A program made the translations under genes and the position numbers. Below, piece after piece: positions 20,469 to 30,017 of a stretch of DNA of 64,000 bases. The notes beneath the pieces were generated by a model. That model made no database searches. It was not told where the DNA came from and saw only the letters and a list, made by a program, of their open reading frames with translations. Source of the stretch: an uncultured Verrucomicrobiae bacterium (GTDB lineage: Bacteria; Verrucomicrobiota; Verrucomicrobiia; Chthoniobacterales; UBA10450); contig CAVYXA010000001.1 in the NCBI GenBank assembly GCA_963772365.1, positions 992,001 to 1,056,000 on the forward strand, given 5' to 3'. Position 1 is the stretch's first letter, and every line of letters starts with the position of its first letter.

Positions 20469-20890
20469 TCAGCTGCGACGCCTATGGCAAGCCAGTACCG
20501 AGATTCGACTAATAATGGACACGTCGGTGGCATTGATCATGTTGTTGGCATTCACATCCTCGCGGAAATTTGTCGCATCAATCAGCTGACCCGCCCGCGA
20601 TCTGGCAAGTGCAACGTCAGTCGCGTTTACCACGCCATTGTCGCTCACGTCACCAGCTAGCACCCGCATTGAAATAACTACATTGCCGATACCACCACTG
20701 GCCCCGTTGAGCGTGACGTTCATCGTCTGCGCGTTGGCGACGTTGGTCAGCGGAACAGTCACGACATTTCCACTGATGGTGACTGTACAATTGGGGTCGC
20801 AAGTTCCTGCGCTACCGACGCAGCCTTCGCCCGTGGTAACTTGCGCCTGTGGATTACCGATAACGGTAATGTTGCCAGAGAAAGCAATTA
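20469..20890 (-). pseudogene. Orphan C-terminal fragment of a secreted protein with dockerin-like repeat
   Basis: IIAFSGNITV...VTVPLTNVANAQT...GDVSDNGVVNATDV...REDVNANNMINATDV. No N-terminus or start. Adding one A near 20510 restores the ending IIKSNLGTGLP*. Confidence 0.65.
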
Positions 20891-21089
20891 TCCCTCCGTC
20901 GTGGTGGGAGATTTCAATGGAGATGGAAAGCAGGACGTCGCTGTCGCCACAGACGCAACAATTAGGATCGACATTCCATGGTTCGCCATCTTGAGAGCAA
21001 GCCTTGTCATGCCGCTATCCTGTCGTTTCACCCCGGCAAACTTGGCGCCGATAATCCAGAAAACTCTTCGGCGAATAGTAACGTCGGCG

Positions 21090-22374
21090 TTACTTTTCGA
21101 ATCGGATCACGTCGCGCTGAAAATATGGCTGTAGTTTTTCCGGAATCTTGATCGAACCATCCGGCTCTTGATTGCTTTCAATCAGCGCCAGCGAATAGAC
21201 GCGGCAGGGCCAGGCCCGAACCGTTGAGTGTATGGCAAAAACGGTTTTTACCATCGACATCTTTAAAGCGCAGGTTCATCCGGCGCGCTTGAAAGTCTTC
21301 AAAGTTCGAGCAGCTCGACGCTTCCAGATATGCCTGCTGAGCGGGCGACCAGACCTCGATGTCGTATGTCTTGGCCGATCCAAATGTGAGATCGCCGGTG
21401 CACAGCTCGATCACGCGATAGTGCAAACCAAGAAGCTGCAACACGCGCTCGGCATCGGCCGCTAACGATTCCAGCTCGTCATATGATTTTTCTGGCACGC
21501 TGATCTTGACCAGTTCGACCTTGTCGAATTGATGGACCCGAATGATCCCACGCGTTTCGCGTCCAGCGGATCCCGCTTCACGGCGGAAACAGGGCGTATA
21601 AGCAGTGAACTTTTTCGGAAGATCGAGAGCGGCCAGAATTTCTTCCCGATGCAGATTCGTTACCGGCACTTCGGCGGTCGGCACGAGAAAGAACTCGCCG
21701 TTCTCCAAACCATACATGTCGGCCTCGAATTTCGGCAATTGAGTGGTTCCGATCATGCAATCGCGCCGCACTAAAAATGGCGGGCTGACCTCGAGATATC
21801 CATGCTCTCGTGTGTGCAGATCGAGCATGAACTGGATCAGCGAACGTTCCAAACGCGCACCTGCGCCAGTAAAACAGATGAAGCCGCTGCCGCTTAACTT
21901 GGTCGCGCGCTCCAGATCGAGTAGGCCCAATTTTTCGCCGAGCTCGACATGATCGAGAATCTTGTCACCCAGTTCCGGTTTATCGCCCCAGCTCCGGATG
22001 ACTTTGTTATCGCTCGCATCTTTTCCGATCGGTACGGTCTCGTGCGGTAAATTCGGAATTTGAAGCAGAAGATTTTTTTGCACTTCTTCATTTCTCCCGA
22101 TCGCTTCGTTTAGCTCGTCGATGTCCTTGTTGATCTGGCCGACTTCCGCCTGCAGTTGCGAAGTCTCTTCGCCGCGACTCTTCAAAGCGCCGATCTTTTT
22201 GCTCAATTCATTCCGTTGCGCCCGGAACTGCTGCACGTTCGTCTCCTCCACGCGTCGCTGCTTGTCGCAACTCAGCACTTCCGAGATCATGAGATCGTAA
22301 TCCTCTCCGCCGCGCGTGCCCAGGCGTTGCTTAACGAAATCGGGTTTCTCTCGAATCAGACGAATGTCGAGCAT
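21090..22374 (-). CDS. serS: Seryl-tRNA synthetase (one-base frameshift near 21189)
   Basis: MLDIRLIRE, PTAEVP, CFRREAG, HQFDKVE, HTLNGSGLALPR. Removing one G gives AALIESNQEPDGSIKIPEKLQPY...* ending at 21090. Confidence 0.96.
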
Positions 22375-22481
22375 GGCGCAGTATGAATTATGAAAGCCGA
22401 ATGTCTAATGAGGAAGGAGTGAACCGAATCCTCGTCTGTCGCCCGGGCAAAGATCAGCAGAGCAAACCTTGCGTTCAGAGC

Positions 22482-22775
22482 CTAATGGGCAAAGCCGCGC
22501 GATCGTTTACCGCGCCTTCGAGCCTCGGGCGGTCTGCGCGATTTCAAGAACGCCGAGCCCGGCAAGGGCAATGTGCGCTTTACCGATTCCTGAGGATGAA
22601 CGCGCACGTTGATTCGGATGCCGCTCGCGTCCTTTCCGCGAAACAGACGCTCCCAATCCGCTTTTGCAGCCTCACAGAGTCGCCGGTAATTGCGATCAAT
22701 CGCCTGCTGAATTGTCGTAACCAGCTCGATCGTGCGGGCCGCAGATTTGATCGTCGTGGTTTCAGGGTTTTCCAT
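22482..22775 (-). CDS. Hypothetical protein
   Basis: 97-aa ATG-initiated ORF filling the gap between co-oriented genes. No recognisable motif. Confidence 0.3.
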   Translation of the reverse strand: MENPETTTIKSAARTIELVTTIQQAIDRNYRRLCEAAKADWERLFRGKDASGIRINVRVHPQESVKRTLPLPGSAFLKSRRPPEARRRGKRSRGFAH

Positions 22776-22832
22776 CGCTTCGGCGTGAAAGCAGGATTCG
22801 CACCGATTCCACCAGGGAGAGCGCGTGTCTCC

Positions 22833-23864
22833 TCAGAACTGGACCGCGATTCCGCCCCGAAGCCGATAATCGGGGACCGCTTGCAGCGAGGTGTTGTCGA
22901 TGGATACCGGGAGATCTACCGCAATCTCCGCGCTCCACCGCCCGCGAGACGCCACCAACCTCGGCCCTGCAAAAACGGATGTTATGCCGGTGTCTTCAGC
23001 CTTCTTCCCGCGGAATCGATCGACATCCTTGTGTTCGCCGGAAATGACAAATTGCACTCCGGCTATCGTATCACTACGGCGAATAACATAATAGCCAGGC
23101 CCCCCGTTCCAGACAAGGTCGTCAGCAAAATGATACTGATGTGCGCCGTCGCCCCGTAAGGTAAATTGCGTGGCTGCGTCAAAAAAGAGACTCTTATAAC
23201 GGAGTGAGGTTTGTTCGCCAAATAAACCGTCATACGAACCCGTTCCAAGCGTCAGATCGTGTCCATGAATTCCACTTTCCGGCGCCCCCGGAATTTCGAT
23301 TTCATTGAATTCTTCCTTGATGCGAGAAGTATCGCCGGTCGGAAACTTCACTCCCGCCAGGAGGACGGCGGACACAGTGAAATCCGGCTCGTGCTCGACG
23401 GCGACCGGGTTCTTGTCATGGAATTCAAATGATCTCCTGGCCGGTGACGCGTAGTGAAAGGCAACGGTTCTGAGCAGCAGTGAAACATCGCCAACGCCGG
23501 ATACGGTCCCGCGATCGATGGCAAAACCTTTCGGTCTCTTGAAGTCGCGATAGATAATCGGAACATTGACCTGAAGCGCGAACCGGCTCGTTAGGTCATA
23601 ACCTGTCACAAGCTGGGTGATTGAGCTGGCCAGATATTGTCCGGTAGGATTGTCGATCTTGTCGCCGTCAACCTGGAGCGTTCCGAAATATGTAAATTGC
23701 TCGCCGATCGCGCTGTAGAATCCACGAGCCCAGGGCGGCAGATTCGTTTCCTCCATCTGCGCCATGGCATTGAGTTGCGGCGTATAACAACCGCACAGAT
23801 CGCAAGCGCGACTCGCGACCAAACCGAAAGATATAAAGAGGCAAGTCAAACGTAAGATTTTCAT
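22833..23864 (-). CDS. Outer-membrane beta-barrel transporter-like protein with N-terminal CxxCxC
   Basis: Signal peptide then ACDLCGC, SGVGDVSL, GVKFPTG, LGTGSYD, terminal aromatic residue (AVQF). Confidence 0.75.
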   Translation of the reverse strand: MKILRLTCLFISFGLVASRACDLCGCYTPQLNAMAQMEETNLPPWARGFYSAIGEQFTYFGTLQVDGDKIDNPTGQYLASSITQLVTGYDLTSRFALQVNVPIIYRDFKRPKGFAIDRGTVSGVGDVSLLLRTVAFHYASPARRSFEFHDKNPVAVEHEPDFTVSAVLLAGVKFPTGDTSRIKEEFNEIEIPGAPESGIHGHDLTLGTGSYDGLFGEQTSLRYKSLFFDAATQFTLRGDGAHQYHFADDLVWNGGPGYYVIRRSDTIAGVQFVISGEHKDVDRFRGKKAEDTGITSVFAGPRLVASRGRWSAEIAVDLPVSIDNTSLQAVPDYRLRGGIAVQF

Positions 23865-23978
23865 CTGGGTTTCTCCTGGAAAGGGAAACAGACTGCGATC
23901 GCTCGCGATGCTTCCCGTTTAAGAAATGCGCGACGCTGCGCTCCGCGTACTCACGCGGCGCAATCGGAGCGCGCAGGA

Positions 23979-24395
23979 TCAAACGGGCGTGAACCGGGGC
24001 GGAGGAACCGGCGGTGAGTCACCGATTCGAGAGCGTGGGAGATTGTGCGGCGGGTAATGAACCGGAACAAACCGTGGAATTAACCGAAAGCTCCGCGTCA
24101 TACAGACAAGATCAACTTTCGGTGTGGCTACTTGGAATTGCGGCTTCTTCTCCGAATTCTTTCCCGCACTTACCACATGGCAAAGAGCGCATGGATGAGC
24201 GCCATCAAATGTTCTGGTGATCGCCGCGCACAAGGACACGCGCTTTGCGTTATCGACAAGCATGGTCGCCCACGCAACCGACTGAAGCGCGATCCAGTGC
24301 AAGCCAATCGCGCAACAAAGAGAAATGATTGTGAGGATGCGGGCACAACAGCGAAGCACGGCTGCAAAGTAACGGCGCAACAAATCAGATGTCAA
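23979..24395 (-). CDS. Small membrane protein with CxxC and C-terminal polyproline (DUF2946-like leader protein)
   Basis: Hydrophobic N-terminus, DGAHPCALCH, ends PPVPPPRFTPV. True start may be slightly downstream of 24395. Confidence 0.65.
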   Translation of the reverse strand: MTSDLLRRYFAAVLRCCARILTIISLCCAIGLHWIALQSVAWATMLVDNAKRVSLCAAITRTFDGAHPCALCHVVSAGKNSEKKPQFQVATPKVDLVCMTRSFRLIPRFVPVHYPPHNLPRSRIGDSPPVPPPRFTPV

Positions 24396-24501
24396 CGAAT
24401 CGAAAGCCGCGCAAAGATTTTGGCCGAGGATCTGGGGAGCGGCGCCTGATTAAAAAGCTGTCATCCCGGGCTTCGCTCAGGATGACAAAGCGGCATGAAT
24501 C

Positions 24502-24534
24502 AAAAACCCGGATCGAAATCCGATCCGGGTTTTT
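24502..24534. terminator. Intrinsic (bidirectional) terminator downstream of 6S RNA
   Basis: AAAAACCCGGATCG-aaatc-CGATCCGGGTTTTT perfect hairpin with A/T tails. Confidence 0.85.
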
Positions 24535-24542
24535 GAAATTTT

Positions 24543-24726
24543 TACCCCGCTGGTGCCGTTCAGATGGATCTCCCGTTCCCTTTCGGTAAACGGCGGATGA
24601 CCGTCGTGGAAGCGTCTGACTTCCAATCAAGGCCTGTCATGTTCTTCCAAGACCGAGCCTCCTCTTTTTCTCAATCGAAGTATCGGTTCGAGGACCTCAC
24701 CTTTAATCTCGAACATCGCAGGGTAA
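24543..24726 (-). ncRNA. ssrS: 6S RNA
   Basis: Reverse complement starts TTACCCTGCGATGTTCG, contains GAACCGATACTTC and CCGTTTACCGAAAGGGAACGGG, ends GAACGGCACCAGCGGGGTA. Ends are complementary, length is about 185 nt, motifs resemble E. coli 6S, and it lies just downstream of pheT. Confidence 0.85.
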
Positions 24727-24835
24727 ATTTTACATCCCGAAAGCTTCGGGACCAGGAAAGCCGTTAGCGGAGAGTTGAGAGAAAAGCACTGGTTTCCTGC
24801 CCAACCCTCAACCAACGGCTCTCACTTTCAAAGAA

Positions 24836-27181
24836 CTACTCGCGCAATTCCGCGCCGAGTTCATGCCGCAATCGCTCGCGAATTCTCGCGTGGGCCGCGG
24901 TCACTTCCTCATTCGTGAGTGTGCGAGTCTTGTCGCGATATGTCAATGAATAAGCGAGCGATTTTCGCCCCGGACCGAAGTCGCCTCCCTCAAAAAGATC
25001 GAACAATTCCACCTTCTCGAGTAACGACTCCCGCGCTTCCTGAATCACCCGCTCAATTTCCTGATGAGAAATTTTTTCTGGAACAATCATCGCGATGTCT
25101 CGCCGAACGGCCGGAAATCTTTCAATCTCGTGAAACTTAATTTGTCGTCCGGTCAAGAGAAGATCGGCATGCAACTCAGCGATTAATACCGCACCGGGCG
25201 CCGGCGATCTCGCGGCCGCTAGTTGTCCTCCAAACCCAATCATGCGATCGCTCGACCAAACTTCGACAGCGATTGCGAGGTCGGGGAATGTTGTTTTCCG
25301 AAACGACAGCTCCGGAACGATCAAAGCTAGCGCGCCTTTGAGGTCAAACAGATCAAGCTTTCGGCTGCTCTGCGATCGCCAGTTGGATTGATTGGCGAAA
25401 TTTCCCCACAGCAGAATTGCCAGATGTCGCTCCTCCTTTCCCGAGGGTGGAATGAACGCGCGTCCGAGCTCGAAAATCGCCACCTTTTCTGCGCCTGTTC
25501 GAATGTTGCGTTCCAGCACCCCTATCAAATTGCTAATCAAACTGGGGCGCAGAGCGACATGTTCTTCGCTCAATGGATTGCGCAGATCAACGGCATGATC
25601 GCTAAAAGGCGGGGCGATTCGCGGAATGAGTTTCGATGTTCGCGCTTCCGAAAAACCACCCGACACCAACCGGTTTCGCATCGCGGCTTCCCGGTCGTAC
25701 TCCCGATCAGCGTCACTCGTCGGCGTAAATCGGCTTCGGTCCGTGCCCGGAATTTTTTGCACGTCGTAAGCGCGCAATACTTCTTCGATAAGATCGACAT
25801 CCCGCTGCAAATCCCGGCGATAACTTGGTATTTTCCAGGTCGCTCCATTTTTGCTCCTGCTCGTGCTCTTAATCTTGCCCAGTGCAAACCTTTCGAGAAT
25901 TGCATCGACAGTTTTGGGTTGGATGTCGATCCCGAGCAGTCGATCGCATTTGCCGTAACTCAAGGAAACATCCGCTGGATTTTCCGGAAGCTCGCCTGCG
26001 ACCATGGTTTCATTCGCGGGTGTTCCCCCTGCAATTTCACTAATCAAATCCGTCGCCCGCTGCGATGCGCGCAAGACCATTTCGGGATCAATCCCGCGCT
26101 CGAAGCGATAACTTGCATCGCTCGGCAACATCAGATTACGCGCCGTTTTTCGAATGCTCGCAGGCAGAAAGTAAGCGCTCTCCAGCAAAATATTTTTTGT
26201 GGATGCTGTCACTCCCGTTTCCTCGCCCCCCATGACTCCTGCAATTCCTACCGCCCGTTCTTGATCGACCACGACCAGGTTCTCCGAAGTCAGCGAGTAA
26301 GTTTTTCCATCCAGTGCGAGAAACTTTTCACCATCGCGTGCGAGTCGAATATTGATTCCACCGCGCAATTGATCGGCATCGAACGCGTGAGTCGGTTGGC
26401 CGAGCTCGGCCATCACAAAATTCGAAACATCGACAATGTTATTGATCGAGCGCATCCCGACGCTTTCGATTTTTGTGCGCAACCACTGGGGGCTTGGCCC
26501 AACCTTCACATCGTCGATCCTGCGTGCGGAGAAAAACGGACACTCGTGCGGCGCCGAGATCGCCACGCCTCGCTTTTGTTGGGCAGGCGCTCCGCCTGCC
26601 GGCGAGCGATGCGCTTGCCCTACAATTTTCGTGTCCTTCAGCGCCGCAATCTCGCGCGCTAACCCATAATGACTCAGTAAATCACCGCGGTTCGGCGTAA
26701 TCTCCGCATCGAGAATTGTATCGGATGGAAAAACATCGACAATCGCTGTGCCGACCTTTACATCGGGCGATAAAATCAAAAGACCCGAAGCATCTTCCCC
26801 TAACCCGAGCTCGATCGGGCTGCACAGCATTCCCTCACTTTCAACGCCTCGCAATTTGCTCTTCCGAATCTCAAGTCCGTTAGGCAATTTCGCGCCCGGA
26901 AGAGCCAACGGGACTTTATCGCTTACCTTGTAATTCTTTGCGCCGCAAACGATCTGGCGTTTGACGCCACTGCCATCATCCACTTCGCACACGCTGAGGC
27001 GATCCGCGTTCGGATGCTGTGACGATGCAGTGATTTGCGAGACCACTACGTTATCGATCTTTGCACCTCGCTTCTCGACTCCTTTGATCTCAATCCCGGC
27101 CAGCGTCAGCAGTTCGACCAGGTCATCGATCCGTTCGGGAAGATCGACAAACGCGCGCAGCCAGTTAACGGAGAATTTCAT
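24836..27181 (-). CDS. pheT: Phenylalanyl-tRNA synthetase beta subunit
   Basis: MKFSVNWL, HPNADRL, IVCGAKN, ITPNRGD, ASYRFERG, FPAVRRD. Confidence 0.98.
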   Translation of the reverse strand: MKFSVNWLRAFVDLPERIDDLVELLTLAGIEIKGVEKRGAKIDNVVVSQITASSQHPNADRLSVCEVDDGSGVKRQIVCGAKNYKVSDKVPLALPGAKLPNGLEIRKSKLRGVESEGMLCSPIELGLGEDASGLLILSPDVKVGTAIVDVFPSDTILDAEITPNRGDLLSHYGLAREIAALKDTKIVGQAHRSPAGGAPAQQKRGVAISAPHECPFFSARRIDDVKVGPSPQWLRTKIESVGMRSINNIVDVSNFVMAELGQPTHAFDADQLRGGINIRLARDGEKFLALDGKTYSLTSENLVVVDQERAVGIAGVMGGEETGVTASTKNILLESAYFLPASIRKTARNLMLPSDASYRFERGIDPEMVLRASQRATDLISEIAGGTPANETMVAGELPENPADVSLSYGKCDRLLGIDIQPKTVDAILERFALGKIKSTSRSKNGATWKIPSYRRDLQRDVDLIEEVLRAYDVQKIPGTDRSRFTPTSDADREYDREAAMRNRLVSGGFSEARTSKLIPRIAPPFSDHAVDLRNPLSEEHVALRPSLISNLIGVLERNIRTGAEKVAIFELGRAFIPPSGKEERHLAILLWGNFANQSNWRSQSSRKLDLFDLKGALALIVPELSFRKTTFPDLAIAVEVWSSDRMIGFGGQLAAARSPAPGAVLIAELHADLLLTGRQIKFHEIERFPAVRRDIAMIVPEKISHQEIERVIQEARESLLEKVELFDLFEGGDFGPGRKSLAYSLTYRDKTRTLTNEEVTAAHARIRERLRHELGAELRE
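26577..26624. repeat. 48-bp GTAG-type REP palindrome inserted in frame in pheT
   Basis: TGTTGGGCAGGCGCTCCGCCTGCC-GGCGAGCGATGCGCTTGCCCTACA, translated as VGQAHRSPAGGAPAQQ. Confidence 0.75.
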
Positions 27182-27238
27182 GTTCAGTTATATTGTCATC
27201 CCGAGCGAAGTCGAGGGATCCCGGGTAGTGGGTCAGTT

Positions 27239-27850
27239 TCACTTGGCCTTTGGGGAAGGTGGCGGCTGTGACCCCTCGGGTGGGTCGAAAATTTGGATTC
27301 CGCGCGGTCTGTCGTCCTTTTTGGGCGGAGGCCCTAAGTCTGATATGTCGGCTAATTCCTTGGCGACGGGCGGCGGCGGAACCCCGGATGTTTCAAACCG
27401 CGACGTGTTTTTCAAAACGCGCAGCCACTCACGCTGGCATTCAGCATTTATGTCGGCCTGAGCGCCGTGAACCTCAGCCACGTAAAATTTATCAATGTCC
27501 GTCTGTTGAAGTTTCTTGTAACCAAGCTCTTTCGCCATCTCTGACATCAGCTCCAGGTATTTGTAGTTTCGTGAAGACCGAGACACTTCGCTTGGGTCCT
27601 GCAAATTATCGTAATATTTATGCCAGCGATCTAGCACTGTTGGGGAATCTTCAAATATCACATCAATCAGATTCAGAGCATTGGCCCATTCGTAACTTAC
27701 TGGATAGGATTTACGGAAGGCCATTAGGGTTGTGAATAAACGGATTTTCGCATCACGTTTTTCTTTCCTGTGTTGCCACCAAAGCGTGACACAAACGGCA
27801 GTAACTGGACTCAGGACGATGGCAATTACTTCAACAGTAGGAAACGGCAT
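27239..27850 (-). CDS. IS passenger: membrane-anchored hypothetical protein (DUF6680-like)
   Basis: N-terminal TM VIAIVLSPVTAV, then LFTTLMAFR, ALNLIDVIF, LMSEMAKELGY. Its stop overlaps the TIR. Family assignment is from memory. Confidence 0.7.
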   Translation of the reverse strand: MPFPTVEVIAIVLSPVTAVCVTLWWQHRKEKRDAKIRLFTTLMAFRKSYPVSYEWANALNLIDVIFEDSPTVLDRWHKYYDNLQDPSEVSRSSRNYKYLELMSEMAKELGYKKLQQTDIDKFYVAEVHGAQADINAECQREWLRVLKNTSRFETSGVPPPPVAKELADISDLGPPPKKDDRPRGIQIFDPPEGSQPPPSPKAK

Positions 27851-27859
27851 GCGCCAAGA

Positions 27860-28681
27860 CTAGAGAAGCGCAATAATTTCGTCCAGACTCCAAACGTGCT
27901 TGGAAACGCCAGCTTCCATTGCTGGCGTAACGCGCAAGGTTTGATGAATCCGGCAGAAGTTGTAATACATGAAATAGAGCGCCAGCGCGTGTTCGTGGTT
28001 TTCAAGTTTCTTTGAAAAGCCATTTGTTAGACGAGTGAATCGGCGCATCGACATGCGCATCGTGAGATTCTGGCGCTCGGCAAAACTCGTCGAAACATGA
28101 TTATGATCGGGAGCGCCGATGATGATCGCTTTACGTGCTCCCATGCAGATCGCTGGACTATAGCGCGTCTCTGGAGATTCGTTCACAGCGCCATAAATCT
28201 TTTGCAACATCGCGTAGTCAATCTCCGCTCCGAAGGCATCTTCCACCGCGCTCAAATACGCGCGATGTCCGTCTGTCGTGAGTTGCACGCGATTTGCCAA
28301 TCTCGCTTTCAAGTCGTGCATGAAATGATAAGCGCAACCGGCGTCACGGTGGCCGACAAACCAGCAAGGAATCAATTTTGTTTCCGCATCAAGCGCCGTC
28401 CACGTCCAAACATCGCCCGCGCCCTTTGCTTTCATTTTGGCGCTGCAATTCTTTTCCTTCGCTCCGACGAAACTCCAAATCTCATCGGCTTGAAGGTGTT
28501 TGCATTTCAGATTCACGAAAGCTTTGTCCTGATAATCAGAGCAAGCGCGACCAAGATCACAGAGAAGTTTAACGACAGTGTTTTTCGCAACGCCTGTCAT
28601 TCGGACGGTGGCGCGGATACTGTTTCCTTCGACCAAGCAGGAAACAACTTGCGCCCGTTTGTCGGCCTTCAATTTGTTCAT
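27860..28681 (-). CDS. IS1-family transposase (single ORF, HTH plus DDE)
   Basis: LVEGNSIRATVRMTGVAKNTV (HTH), QADEIWSFV, LTTDG, STSFAERQNLTMRMSMRRFTRLTNGFSKK. Confidence 0.93.
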   Translation of the reverse strand: MNKLKADKRAQVVSCLVEGNSIRATVRMTGVAKNTVVKLLCDLGRACSDYQDKAFVNLKCKHLQADEIWSFVGAKEKNCSAKMKAKGAGDVWTWTALDAETKLIPCWFVGHRDAGCAYHFMHDLKARLANRVQLTTDGHRAYLSAVEDAFGAEIDYAMLQKIYGAVNESPETRYSPAICMGARKAIIIGAPDHNHVSTSFAERQNLTMRMSMRRFTRLTNGFSKKLENHEHALALYFMYYNFCRIHQTLRVTPAMEAGVSKHVWSLDEIIALL

Positions 28682-28776
28682 CCCCGATACTTGCCCATAG
28701 CAAGTAGTCCGTCAAGAGTTATTCTTGCCCTTTTTTCGTATTGACTACTTGCCCGCTATGTGTATTCTAGTCACCT
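28682..28776. promoter_or_regulatory. Divergent sigma70-like promoters with repeated (GAC)TACTTGC boxes
   Basis: TTGACT-N16-TATTCT (28741-28768) just before the P63C ATG. TTGACG on the minus strand (28710-28715). Palindrome TACTTGC-N5-GCAAGTA (28688-28706). GACTACTTGC present on both strands. Confidence 0.55.
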
Positions 28777-29859
28777 ATGGTTATTGAAAGCTCCGAACAA
28801 GCGAAACAGATGGCCGAGGCGGGAAGCGCAAAAGGTGGTCGCGCCCGTGCAAGCGTATTGACTCCGGAAGAACGTAGTGAAATTGCTCGGAAGGCAGTTA
28901 ATGCGCGGTGGGCGAAAGCGGGAAAAAGCAAGCAGCAGAGTCCAGAAGTGGAAGAGTCGGGACGGGACGATGCGGGAGAAGAAACCGCGTCCGTGACGGC
29001 AGCAAACAACGACAGCCTTCCGTTTTCGATGTTTCGCGGTCAGTTAAGGCTCGGCGACATTGAGATGGAGTGCCATGTCCTTAGCGACGGCAGTAGAGTT
29101 TTTACTCAGAGGGAGATCGTTCGCGTATTAACTGCGGGAAAAGGAAGTAGCAATTTAAACGTACACTTGAAGGGCAATCCATTGATTGACAACGAGTTAG
29201 CCGTGAAAAAAATCAAGGAGTTCAGGGTGCCCGGTAATCCGCAGGTTGCACTTGGCAGAGAAGCAACGGTGCTGATTGAGATTTGCAGCCGATATTTAGA
29301 GGCACGCGATCAAACCAAACTTACGACCGGGGGCCAACTGCGATACGCCGCGCAAGCGGACATCATCATACGCTCCTGCGCGAAGGTCGGCATCATCGCG
29401 CTGGTCGATGAGGCGACCGGTTATCAAAAAGTAAGAGCGAAAAACGCACTCCAACTCAAACTGCAAGCGTTCATCGCGGAAGAATTGCAAGAGTGGGCGC
29501 GAATGTTCCCCGATGATTTTTGGTTTGAGCTAGCGCGTTTAGAGGGTGTGCGATATTCCCCACGGGCGCGACCTTTGCGGTGGGGCAAGTACATCATGGC
29601 CTTTGTTTATGACGCAATCGACAAAGATGTGGGCAAGACCCTGCGCACGAAAAATCCGAATCCGCGCTTCGGACGTAATCACCATCAATGGTTAAAGGAG
29701 TTCGGGAAAGAAAAACTGATCGGTCAGATTCAATCCGTCATTACGATTATGAAACTCTGTAATAACATGGAGGAATTTCGCGCGAAATTCGCTAAGGTTT
29801 TCCAAAAAACTCCACTTCAAACCTCATTCGACGACATCAATTGGAACGTGGCAGCTTAA
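28777..29859 (+). CDS. IS passenger: P63C domain protein with N-terminal KGGxARA...SEIARKA..ARW motif
   Basis: ECHVLSDGSRV, AKVGIIALVDEATGYQ, WARMFPDDFW, NHHQWL. Confidence 0.85.
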   Translation: MVIESSEQAKQMAEAGSAKGGRARASVLTPEERSEIARKAVNARWAKAGKSKQQSPEVEESGRDDAGEETASVTAANNDSLPFSMFRGQLRLGDIEMECHVLSDGSRVFTQREIVRVLTAGKGSSNLNVHLKGNPLIDNELAVKKIKEFRVPGNPQVALGREATVLIEICSRYLEARDQTKLTTGGQLRYAAQADIIIRSCAKVGIIALVDEATGYQKVRAKNALQLKLQAFIAEELQEWARMFPDDFWFELARLEGVRYSPRARPLRWGKYIMAFVYDAIDKDVGKTLRTKNPNPRFGRNHHQWLKEFGKEKLIGQIQSVITIMKLCNNMEEFRAKFAKVFQKTPLQTSFDDINWNVAA

Positions 29860-29861
29860 TT

Positions 29862-30017
29862 TTATCGCCCGTGGCTAGAGCGAGAGTGACGCTGAGCGGA
29901 TTGGCGCACGTTCGGCTTCACGCCAGTTGCCTTTTGAAAGACCGAAAACGCGGTCTGTGCAAAATCACGTTCTTCCCTTTTCGGCTGGCGCTTGGACTTC
30001 CGCTTTGGTTTCGGCAC
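29862..30017 (-). CDS. IS passenger: 51-aa basic protein
   Basis: Manual translation from GTG: MPKPKRKSKRQPKREERDFAQTAFSVFQKATGVKPNVRQSAQRHSRSSHGR*. Below the ORF track cutoff and convergent with P63C. Confidence 0.5.
   Translation of the reverse strand: MPKPKRKSKRQPKREERDFAQTAFSVFQKATGVKPNVRQSAQRHSRSSHGR

Noticed and set aside
21178..21195. Programmed frameshifting in serS
   Set aside because: No slippery sequence or stimulatory structure is visible, and the same extra-G pattern occurs in btuB, favouring an error.
22383..23159. 258-aa plus-strand ORF
   Set aside because: It overlaps the beta-barrel gene antisense, begins in a low-complexity repeat and has no recognisable domain.
25388..26662. 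424-aa plus-strand ORF, and similar long antisense ORFs at 4146-5018 and 45517-46401
   Set aside because: They lie wholly antisense to well-supported genes and have no motifs, as expected from codon bias in GC-rich DNA.
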